From Deltaproteobacteria bacterium (lineage in GTDB: Bacteria > JAGRBM01 > JAHCIT01), in contig JAHCIT010000015.1 of assembly GCA_026129095.1 (NCBI GenBank), positions 1 to 34,870 on the forward strand: a stretch of 34,870 bases of DNA, given 5' to 3'. Each line of letters begins with the position of its first letter. The first letter of the stretch is position 1. Shown here piece by piece: positions 8,533-15,949 of the stretch. The translations under genes and the position numbers were made by a program. The notes under the pieces are model-generated. The model was not told the origin of the DNA. It worked only from the letters and a program-made list of their open reading frames with translations, and searched no databases.

Positions 8533-8547
8533 AAGGCATTTTCCCTG

Positions 8548-9348
8548 GTGAAAGTCACCTATCAGACGCTCGACTTCAGCAATCCCTCAGGCTCGCCAAA
8601 GCGCCTGACGCGGAAGCTCTATTTCCCGCGTGACAGCGTCATCTGCCGTCTCGTGACCGAGCCGGCCGGGCCGTATTCCGGGGGTGATTTCTTTCAGTTT
8701 AAGGAAGTGACGATCGGCGGGAAACCGGCGCTGACGCAACCTGCGGCTGGCTTAAGGATGCTGATGCCCGGCGCCGGCAATACGCCCATACACCTGCCGG
8801 TCAAGGGCGGCTATTCGCTCGAAATCACGTCGGACGTTCCGGGGCTGACGAAGGTGCAGATATATCTTGCCTGGCGGGACGCCGGTCTTGAAGAGGACTT
8901 CAGCCACGAGACGTTCTTCTACGTCGGCGAGTTCGTCGATATCTATGCCATCGAAGGGATGACGCGGTTTGTCTTCCAGCGGGACTACCGGTGGGACGGT
9001 CTCAGCTATCTGGTCGGCGGCGAGGACGGCACGAAGGCCTGGAAATCGGCCCGGTATCCCCATGCGATGGAACCCGGCATAAGGTCCGGAGGGGTATTTG
9101 CCAGCGCGGGCCATTTCCCCTCCGTCGCGCTCCCCATGCGGCTTTCCTGCCCTCCCGAGGAGTGGCGCACACCCTTCATGCAGGAAGCAAGTTTCGCCTC
9201 GCACCTGTCGTTCGGAAAGTTTCCCGTCCCGATCTTCACAAAGGCCGGGGTGGCGATCGATGGCAGGTTCGGTTTGCTCAACTTTTCCCTTTTCGACTTC
9301 CCCCACACCCTCGTCACCGTCGGGGAACATTTGACGGGAAGAATTTGA
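8548..9348 (+). CDS. Putative minor structural protein with two tandem jelly-roll-like units
   Basis: GTG start; the second half (RFVFQRDYRWDGLSY..PMRLSC..FPVPIFTKAGVAIDGRF..LVTVGEHL) parallels the 8053 protein. Confidence 0.5.
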   Translation: MKVTYQTLDFSNPSGSPKRLTRKLYFPRDSVICRLVTEPAGPYSGGDFFQFKEVTIGGKPALTQPAAGLRMLMPGAGNTPIHLPVKGGYSLEITSDVPGLTKVQIYLAWRDAGLEEDFSHETFFYVGEFVDIYAIEGMTRFVFQRDYRWDGLSYLVGGEDGTKAWKSARYPHAMEPGIRSGGVFASAGHFPSVALPMRLSCPPEEWRTPFMQEASFASHLSFGKFPVPIFTKAGVAIDGRFGLLNFSLFDFPHTLVTVGEHLTGRI

Positions 9349-9352
9349 GATC

Positions 9353-10321
9353 ATGAAAAGCCCACTGGTGATCTTTGGCGATGTGACCGGCGGAAGGTTC
9401 AAACATATTCCGTTCGGGACCCTCTGGAAGCTGCTCCGCGCCATCGATACGGAAATACTTACCGGCTACGCCTATGCCGACCTTCAGGACCATAGCCGCA
9501 CGCAGCTTCTGGACTTCGCCGTCCCGGTCGATTGCCACCTTTTCTGCCACGAGATCGAGCTGGATATCGCCTGCCGCGCCGGCCGGGCCGTGCGGATCGA
9601 CCTTTTCGCCGGCGAGGAGCAACTGCTGCCGGCCCGCTCGGCCTTTATTGGCGGCACTGGCATCCTGGGGATGCACGCGCTCGGGCCGGAAAAACTCTCG
9701 CTCAAGGTTCGCCGGATGCTGGCGCCGGGGACCAGGCTGAGGATTTTCGGGACCCCTTTCCCGCCCTATCGCCTGAGGTTCGGTGACACTCCACTGACGC
9801 CGCAGGGGAGTTTGCCCCAGTACGACGTCTATAATGCCGACGATCCGGTACTTGGGTCGCTATCGACGCCGTTTGAGATCCTCGACTGGTCGCCCGGCAC
9901 GCCCATACCCGCCGGCTGGCCTTTACCGCCGCTGGAGCAGCGGGTCTATTTCAAGGGCAAGGGCCGGATCACGTTTTTTGCGAACCTCACCCTGTCGGCA
10001 CCGGACCCTGGCGTCATCACGGCTGTCCAGGCCTACAGTCCGGACTTCCCCTACGAAAGCGTCATTAACGAAACCGTCATTGGCACGAACGTCAATCCCT
10101 GGACGAAGTCCGAACGAATGCTGACGGTGACGCCCCGGATGGAGCTTGCCGAGTATGCCTTCCGCGTTCATGGCGGCACGGGCTCCAGCCTCAACAATCT
10201 CAAAGTCTACTGCATTTTCCAGGAAGCGCCCCTGAACTGGGAAAACAGCGTCGTCATCAATGCCCGCATCCGCGGCACCCGCATCCCCCGCGACATCTTC
10301 AGGACCTTCGGCGAGCTATGA
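9353..10321 (+). CDS. Putative minor structural protein: jelly-roll-like unit with an inserted beta domain
   Basis: FAVPVDCHLFCHEI..VRIDLF..LLP..VRRMLAPGTRLRI, then an insert, then the final strand INARIRGTRIP. Confidence 0.5.
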   Translation: MKSPLVIFGDVTGGRFKHIPFGTLWKLLRAIDTEILTGYAYADLQDHSRTQLLDFAVPVDCHLFCHEIELDIACRAGRAVRIDLFAGEEQLLPARSAFIGGTGILGMHALGPEKLSLKVRRMLAPGTRLRIFGTPFPPYRLRFGDTPLTPQGSLPQYDVYNADDPVLGSLSTPFEILDWSPGTPIPAGWPLPPLEQRVYFKGKGRITFFANLTLSAPDPGVITAVQAYSPDFPYESVINETVIGTNVNPWTKSERMLTVTPRMELAEYAFRVHGGTGSSLNNLKVYCIFQEAPLNWENSVVINARIRGTRIPRDIFRTFGEL

Positions 10322-10965
10322 ACAACCAGTATGACCACCTGATACGCCAGTTCGCCACGCGGCCGGACTTCCCGCCCCATTTTGTCAAGGGAATGATCCA
10401 CGTGGAAAGCGCCTTCAGGGCGGACGCAAGGGGCCCGGGCGGCGAACTGGGTCTGATGCAGTTTCTCGCATCCACGGCGAAAACGCTCGGCGTGGATCAC
10501 GCGTCGCTCGTGAATCCCGAGGCGGCCATCAGGGCCGGAACCCGCTACATAGCCCAGATCATCGACAAGTACGTGACGCCGAACCTTAAGGTCCCCATTC
10601 ATCCGCAGCTCAGGATCAGGTTCGTGCAGTTTGCCTACAACGCCGGCCCTTTGTTCACGGTGAGGCTCCTGAAGCGCTTCGGGGCAGATGCCGCCACCCT
10701 GTCCAGTCCCGGCTCCTTCAATCGCATGGTTGACACGCTGAAGGGCGATCCGGATGTACTGCGGCTCCAGAAGCTCACCAGGGAGGCCGATTTTCTGGCC
10801 GCCCGGAAGAAGGTCGTGGAGCGGTATCAGTACTGGGCCGGGCAGTATGCGAAAGACTTCGGCACAAACCCCGGCGCGAACCCACCGGCAGCCGTCCAGG
10901 CCTCCATGCCCCTCATCCCGCTCGCCATCGTGGGAGCCGCCTATCTCATCTGGAAACGGAAATGA
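10318..10965 (+). CDS. Lytic transglycosylase (SLT domain) with a C-terminal membrane anchor
   Basis: IHVESAF (catalytic Glu), GLMQF, NPEAAIRAGTRYI and AYNAG motifs; C-terminal LIPLAIVGAAYLIWKRK. Confidence 0.9.
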   Translation: MNNQYDHLIRQFATRPDFPPHFVKGMIHVESAFRADARGPGGELGLMQFLASTAKTLGVDHASLVNPEAAIRAGTRYIAQIIDKYVTPNLKVPIHPQLRIRFVQFAYNAGPLFTVRLLKRFGADAATLSSPGSFNRMVDTLKGDPDVLRLQKLTREADFLAARKKVVERYQYWAGQYAKDFGTNPGANPPAAVQASMPLIPLAIVGAAYLIWKRK

Positions 10966-11267
10966 CCCCCATGACGGACCTGCTCGAAATCCTGAACTCC
11001 AAGGTGGCCGTCGGCCTCTTTTCTGGCCTCTTTTCGATCCTGGGCGTGCTGGTCGGAAGCTACGTGCGCAGCTTCACCGACGAGCGCATCGAGCAGAAAC
11101 TGAAGCCGCTGCTCGAACGTTTGTGGCAGATCGAATCGAAGATCGCCGAAATACTCCGCGACGTGGTCGAAATACGAAAAGGCCAGGAAACAATGGACGA
11201 TCACCGCCGCCGGATCGAACGCCTCGAGAACCGCTCCATGTCGTCAAACGGCAATCATCGCCCATAG
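10962..11267 (+). CDS. Small membrane protein with a coiled coil (holin-like or lysis accessory)
   Basis: One N-terminal TM helix, then heptads ending HRRRIERLE; located between two muralytic genes. Confidence 0.55.
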   Translation: MTPMTDLLEILNSKVAVGLFSGLFSILGVLVGSYVRSFTDERIEQKLKPLLERLWQIESKIAEILRDVVEIRKGQETMDDHRRRIERLENRSMSSNGNHRP

Positions 11268-11276
11268 GAGGTAACC

Positions 11277-11696
11277 ATGCCGGTCGTCATCAGTTTCAAG
11301 ACCGCCGCCCTGAATCCGGACCTCGCAAAAATCGACAGCCGCATCAAAGCGCTCATCTTCGAGGCGGCGGACTGGCTCGCCCGCCTGAATCTTTCCCTTA
11401 CCATCACCTGTTTGCTCAGGGACCGGGCGACGCAGGAGGCCATTTTTCAGAAAGCCCGAAGCATCGGCGCCAGGGAACCCATTCGCTCGCCGCACGAGGA
11501 CGGCCGGGCGGTGGATATTTCCATTAAAGGGTTTTCCGAAGAGATTATCACCGGGCTTGTGGATCACCTGAATGAAACTTTCCCCTACGAGGGAAACCGT
11601 CTTTATAAAACGGCCATCCGCCATGACGTGGGACAAGGCGACCACATCCATATCCAGGTGGCCCCGCCTGCGGGCCGCTGGGGAGTCGCTGCGTGA
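11277..11696 (+). CDS. Peptidase M15-type Zn metallopeptidase (endolysin-like)
   Basis: ITCLLR..., SPHEDGRAVDI (H-x6-D) and DHIHIQ (HxH) motifs; RBS AGGAGG. Confidence 0.85.
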   Translation: MPVVISFKTAALNPDLAKIDSRIKALIFEAADWLARLNLSLTITCLLRDRATQEAIFQKARSIGAREPIRSPHEDGRAVDISIKGFSEEIITGLVDHLNETFPYEGNRLYKTAIRHDVGQGDHIHIQVAPPAGRWGVAA

Positions 11697-12475
11697 GTCT
11701 GGGCGGTTTTTACATGCTGCCCGGCGAGTCCGGGCCATCTGGACCGTCTGGACGTATGCCGGAAAGTCTTGAGCTTTCCGGCCTTACCGACTGGCTCACT
11801 TCGCCGGTCGAGCAGACGAAAAGGCTTATATCCGAGCGGGCCGCCCAGAAGGCCAGGGAAGAGATACAGAAGAAGGAAAACGAGAAGGCCGAGTGGGAAC
11901 GGACCGGGCAGCCGTGGTCGAAGAAGGCAGACACTCTTCTCACGGCCGCCAAATGGGGCGTCATTACCATCCCCCTCGGTATCGTCGCCGTGTCTTTAAT
12001 GCCGCTTTTCAGGGGTGCTGGTACAGCACTTGGCGGAACCGGCGCGGCCCTCTCTGGCATCGGAGCCGCCACGAAGGAAAGTGCGGCTTCGGTGCAGGCG
12101 GCAAGAGAGTCCTTAACCCGCCGGAACCCGGCCAGTGTCCGGTACAGTGAAAAGTGGACGCTCCTCCGGCGGCTCGGAGACCGCTACTGGCAGCTCGCCG
12201 GCTCGCACCCGGGCAAAAGCCGGCAGCGGGAGTTTTTCCTTGGTGTGTCGGAAGGGATCCACGAGGCCTCCGAACTCGCCCGGACAGAAAATGCGCGCCG
12301 TTATCTCCGCCGCCGGGCATCGCCGAAGCTGAAAAGCCTTGCGAGGGGCCGTCTCGTGGCGGCCCGCCAGGGCAACAGCCTCCTCCGGAGCCGTCTGGAC
12401 GGACGCCACCGCGGCCTTCTCGTCGCCACGGCATTTCTTGCCGACCCTCAAGCGTCGTTCCCGGTCTTTGGCTGA
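11693..12475 (+). CDS. Membrane protein with a basic C-terminal domain after an RRNP motif
   Basis: GTG start overlapping the previous TGA; ELSGL motif, TM helix WGVITIPLGIVAVSLMPLF, Gly/Ala stretch, RRNP, Arg-rich tail. Confidence 0.65.
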   Translation: MSLGGFYMLPGESGPSGPSGRMPESLELSGLTDWLTSPVEQTKRLISERAAQKAREEIQKKENEKAEWERTGQPWSKKADTLLTAAKWGVITIPLGIVAVSLMPLFRGAGTALGGTGAALSGIGAATKESAASVQAARESLTRRNPASVRYSEKWTLLRRLGDRYWQLAGSHPGKSRQREFFLGVSEGIHEASELARTENARRYLRRRASPKLKSLARGRLVAARQGNSLLRSRLDGRHRGLLVATAFLADPQASFPVFG

Positions 12476-12526
12476 TGCCACGGACCGTCATCCCCTCAAC
12501 CACCACCAAAAGGAGTGTTTGCAAAC

Positions 12527-12760
12527 ATGGAAACCATCAAACCCGGCCTCAAGACATCCGAGGGCAGGCTCACGCTGATCGCCATCCTCGTGCCCATCCT
12601 GATGCCGGTCGTGAAGGCGATTTTCGGCAAGTTCGGCCTCCACCTCGACGTCGATGCCAGTACGGTGAGCACGGCGCTGCTCGCCAACGCCGGAGTGACC
12701 GGGGCCTATGCCGCCGGCCGCTCCTACGTGAAGGCCACGGCGATGAAGGTGCTGGAGTAG
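12527..12760 (+). CDS. Small two-TM holin-like protein
   Basis: Start reassigned to ATG 12527 (AAGGAG upstream); KPGLKTSEG resembles the KPGxKTSEF start of small phage membrane proteins; two hydrophobic helices. Confidence 0.55.
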   Translation: METIKPGLKTSEGRLTLIAILVPILMPVVKAIFGKFGLHLDVDASTVSTALLANAGVTGAYAAGRSYVKATAMKVLE

Positions 12761-12788
12761 TCAGAAAAGACGCGCTGCGGAGTAACCG

Positions 12789-13196
12789 ATGCTCTGGGAA
12801 CTTAACAGACTGACAAACGTGCGGCTCGGGCCTTCGAAGGTCTGGGTCTCGCCGGTTCATCGCATAAATTCCCTGATGATCCAGAGCTTCGGAACGGGAG
12901 CGGATTTCGATCAGTACAACTCCGGGCAGGTGGCCCTGGAAGGGACGAACTGGTCCTGGGCCGAGGCCGGTTTTGCCAGCGAGGCCGCCTGGAAAGCTTC
13001 ACAAGCTCCGCAGCGCGTCTGGCTTCCAATCGATATACCGTCCGGTACCCCGTGGGTATTTGATGGAACGCCGGCAAAGCTTGCCTGCTATCTCGACCGT
13101 CTGCCGAGGTTCATACGCCTGAGGGAAACCGGCACGCTCACCGCAGGTAATTTCATCGACCTCGCCATCCACGCGAGGCTCTTTGGCGACCGGTGA
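12789..13196 (+). CDS. Small beta-rich structural protein (penton/vertex-like, tentative)
   Basis: 135 aa, beta-rich, C-terminal PRFIRLRETG...IDLAIHAR; immediately precedes the spike-like genes. Confidence 0.4.
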   Translation: MLWELNRLTNVRLGPSKVWVSPVHRINSLMIQSFGTGADFDQYNSGQVALEGTNWSWAEAGFASEAAWKASQAPQRVWLPIDIPSGTPWVFDGTPAKLACYLDRLPRFIRLRETGTLTAGNFIDLAIHARLFGDR

Positions 13197-13206
13197 GACC
13201 GGCGAG

Positions 13207-13695
13207 ATGGGATTCCCCGGCAATGGCGCTGAAAACACCGGCGGGCGAATCCTCGTTCACCGGGAAACGCAAATAAGCTGGTCCACGGGGACCGGCACAA
13301 ACACAGGGCCCGACGGCTCGATCGACTGGGTGAAAACAAGTGGCCTCTACCGCCTCGTCTTCCACTGCGCCGTCATGCAGGCCACAGGCACCCACAACGC
13401 CATCACGATCCGGGTCCAGACCGGCCAGCCGCTCGTGGCCACCAATCGCCTCACAGGAGTCCGGCGGACGGTCGCCGCCGCAGGTGCGGCGTTCATGACC
13501 TGGACCAGGGGAGCGGCAGTTGTTCAGGGCGACTTTGCGGCCTTCGAGAGCGGAGATATCCAGATGTACGCGGACGAATTTCTCCTGACCCAGCGGCTTG
13601 GCGGCGGAACGGCCTTTGCTTTCCGCGCCGTCTCGACCGGCGGTTCGGGCTCCGGAATCGGAAACAGTTCTGGCTGGTGGCTTTTGCCGGTATAA
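13207..13695 (+). CDS. Putative spike/vertex protein A
   Basis: Start reassigned to ATG 13207; begins MGFPG; Gly/Thr-rich beta protein. Confidence 0.5.
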   Translation: MGFPGNGAENTGGRILVHRETQISWSTGTGTNTGPDGSIDWVKTSGLYRLVFHCAVMQATGTHNAITIRVQTGQPLVATNRLTGVRRTVAAAGAAFMTWTRGAAVVQGDFAAFESGDIQMYADEFLLTQRLGGGTAFAFRAVSTGGSGSGIGNSSGWWLLPV

Positions 13696-13700
13696 GAAAC

Positions 13701-14717
13701 ATGGGATTCCCTGGAACATCCGAAAATGCGGACGGCGGTGCGCCGGAACTGGACCTGGAAGAGGCCGGCGAGGCCGTGACGGTCGACTGGACGCTTTCCC
13801 ATAAACAGGCCGTCACGGCCGGTGTCGATACGGTCTTTTCGTTCATTGCGCCACCAGCTGCCGGATCCGATCTCACGCTCCGCATCCGGCGCGGCGCCAC
13901 TTCTCCCACGGCGCTCTATTTCCCCTCAAGCTGCCGGTGGCCGGGAGGTTTTTCACCCGTTTTCGACTTTTCCGGTCCGGACAATATCCAGCTCGTCCGC
14001 ATCTACTACGACGGAGTGAGCTATCACTGCCGGACGGTTGCGGGTTTAAAAAAACTCCCGCCCGGGGTGAACCTCGCCGGCTATAGCGAGACGCGGATAT
14101 CGTTTGGCTATCCGTCGCTTTCATTGAATGCCGGAACCGGCCCAAGCCGCATCGCCTTTCTCGTCTTCAACGAGGTTTATAACACCTTCCTCGGCCCTGT
14201 GGGCAGCATCAGTTTCGCCGGGCAGCCCATGACAAGGCTCGTTCCGCCGTCGGACGACTACCGGGGGCTCCAGGTCTTTTTTCAGGTAAACCCTCCATCA
14301 GGCCTCGGTTTCTTCACCTTCACCGGTTTCAGTACGGCTGGATACCTCCTCCAGGCGTTTGTCCTGACCGGCTTAAACCAGGCGAATCCCGTGGAAACCG
14401 ACGACAGCCGGGTGGTGGCTGACGACTATGCCAATCCTTTCCACATCGGGACCATCCCGCCCTCATCCGGTTCTGACCGGTTTTTCCTGAACATCGCTTC
14501 CAGTTTCAACGGCGCCTACGGCGGTCCCTACAGTCCCGTCGATGGCCAGACGGTGAAAATCTTCGAGCAGGCTTTCCCGGGCCCCGAGCATTACCGCCGG
14601 CAGATTTGCGGCCTTCTGGGCCCCATCAATCCTCCCGGCTACCGCGAGACCGTCTGGCAGGGCTTAAGCGGCTTCGGAACCCGCATCGAGCGCCGGATTC
14701 TCCTGAACCCGGCCTGA
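13701..14717 (+). CDS. Putative spike/receptor-binding protein B
   Basis: Start reassigned to ATG 13701 (MGFPG). Contains VDW..Q..F...P..G..LTLRI...FP...RWPGG..P...IYYDG, a module seen in phage fibre/spike proteins, followed by a beta-sandwich-like head. Confidence 0.6.
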   Translation: MGFPGTSENADGGAPELDLEEAGEAVTVDWTLSHKQAVTAGVDTVFSFIAPPAAGSDLTLRIRRGATSPTALYFPSSCRWPGGFSPVFDFSGPDNIQLVRIYYDGVSYHCRTVAGLKKLPPGVNLAGYSETRISFGYPSLSLNAGTGPSRIAFLVFNEVYNTFLGPVGSISFAGQPMTRLVPPSDDYRGLQVFFQVNPPSGLGFFTFTGFSTAGYLLQAFVLTGLNQANPVETDDSRVVADDYANPFHIGTIPPSSGSDRFFLNIASSFNGAYGGPYSPVDGQTVKIFEQAFPGPEHYRRQICGLLGPINPPGYRETVWQGLSGFGTRIERRILLNPA

Positions 14718-14738
14718 ACGGCCCGAAAGGATTCAGCC

Positions 14739-15947
14739 ATGTCCGAACCGTTACTGGAATGCCGCATCGACCGAAACCAGTGGATCTGGAGCGGAAAGCT
14801 TCTGGGCAAAAAGGCCGCCGACAGGCTTGCCGGGCGGATGTTCGAGACCTGGCAAAGATTGAATGCCATGTGGCCAGGGATGCCTCAGAACGTGGAACGG
14901 ATGATCGTAATGGAGGAGGAAAAACTCCGGATTGTGCTGACGAAGCCGCCAAGGCGGTTCTCTTGGGGAGACGATCAAATCGGCATCGTGAACGGCTTCG
15001 ACGTGACGGTGGTGACCGAAGACGGGATATTCACCCCGCAGCAGCGGGCGGCCTATCTGCGGCTCTACGGTCAATGGCACCTTCGCCGGGCAATCGATGT
15101 GGCGCACACCGGCGGCCACTCGATGGCATTGATCCCAAGCCATGAGCCTTATGAAGCGAGTGACGAGGACCTGGAACTGGCGAAGCAGGCCGTGGGCTCT
15201 CTCTTTGCGGCAAAAGACCCGGACATGGCACTGGAAGTCTGCCCTCCCAGCGGAGAATACGAGGAGCAGTTCCCATCGAGGCGTCCGGATCCAGGGCTAA
15301 TCGAGCGCGACATTCTGGCGGCGCGGGCACTCTTGCCGTCAGTCGAAAAGGTGCTGTCCGGCAAGGAATCGCTTCGCCTCATGGAGCGAATCGAGGTGCG
15401 TCTCGCCTTCAGCACCCATCATGCCGCCCGGATCATCGAAGTCGCCCGTTCCATCGCCGCTCTCGACAGGGAAACGATCATCAGCCCGGCGCACCTCGCT
15501 GAAGCAGTACAGTACGCCCCGCCGGAGTGGCGCGGCCGGAAGAACCCCGGCGATGACGACGGATTCGACGGCTTCTGGGGCAAACCGGTCAGCGTCTATA
15601 CGCGGGCGCAGGCAATCGCCGACGGGACGCTCGTGGATCTGTCGGCAATCGTTCCCGACGTCTGCCTCCAGCACTACAAATACCCCATAGCCTGCACGGC
15701 CGCCGTCTGGGCTATCATCGACGCCGCCGTCCGCAGCAAGCACCACATGAACAGCGTTGCCGGAATCGTCCACGACATCCTCTGGATGAGCCGCGTCTAC
15801 AGGCGCCAGCTTTCGCCCGATACCGTCATCACGCGCGTGGCCATTACCGGCGCGGGCAGGAAGAAAGTCTACGGCTTCAAGTTAGTTGCCGGACCGGGCG
15901 ACGACGCCGGGCCCGTCATCACGATCATGCTGCCCGGGGAGGACTAG
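14739..15947 (+). CDS. Fusion: degenerate ComM/YifB (Mg-chelatase-like) homolog plus a DUF6573-like domain
   Basis: YGQWHLRRAIDVAHTGGHSMALI and RIIEVARSIAALD..ISPAHLAEAVQY match ComM motifs, but the Walker A is missing. After RKNP come SVYTRAQAIADGTLVD..AVW..DILWM..GPGDD..PVITIMLPGED. Confidence 0.7.
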   Translation: MSEPLLECRIDRNQWIWSGKLLGKKAADRLAGRMFETWQRLNAMWPGMPQNVERMIVMEEEKLRIVLTKPPRRFSWGDDQIGIVNGFDVTVVTEDGIFTPQQRAAYLRLYGQWHLRRAIDVAHTGGHSMALIPSHEPYEASDEDLELAKQAVGSLFAAKDPDMALEVCPPSGEYEEQFPSRRPDPGLIERDILAARALLPSVEKVLSGKESLRLMERIEVRLAFSTHHAARIIEVARSIAALDRETIISPAHLAEAVQYAPPEWRGRKNPGDDDGFDGFWGKPVSVYTRAQAIADGTLVDLSAIVPDVCLQHYKYPIACTAAVWAIIDAAVRSKHHMNSVAGIVHDILWMSRVYRRQLSPDTVITRVAITGAGRKKVYGFKLVAGPGDDAGPVITIMLPGED

Positions 15948-15949
15948 TT

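Noticed and set aside
11720-11755. Collagen-like G-X-Y repeats (GESGPSGPSGR)
   Set aside because: Only about four triplets, too short for a collagen helix.
7044-14717. Contractile injection system, encapsulin or tailed-phage head-tail module
   Set aside because: No sheath, tube, baseplate, portal, terminase or HK97-fold signatures were recognised.
14739-15947. ComM-like protein as the genome-packaging ATPase
   Set aside because: Walker A/B motifs are absent and it belongs to the AAA+ class, not FtsK/HerA.
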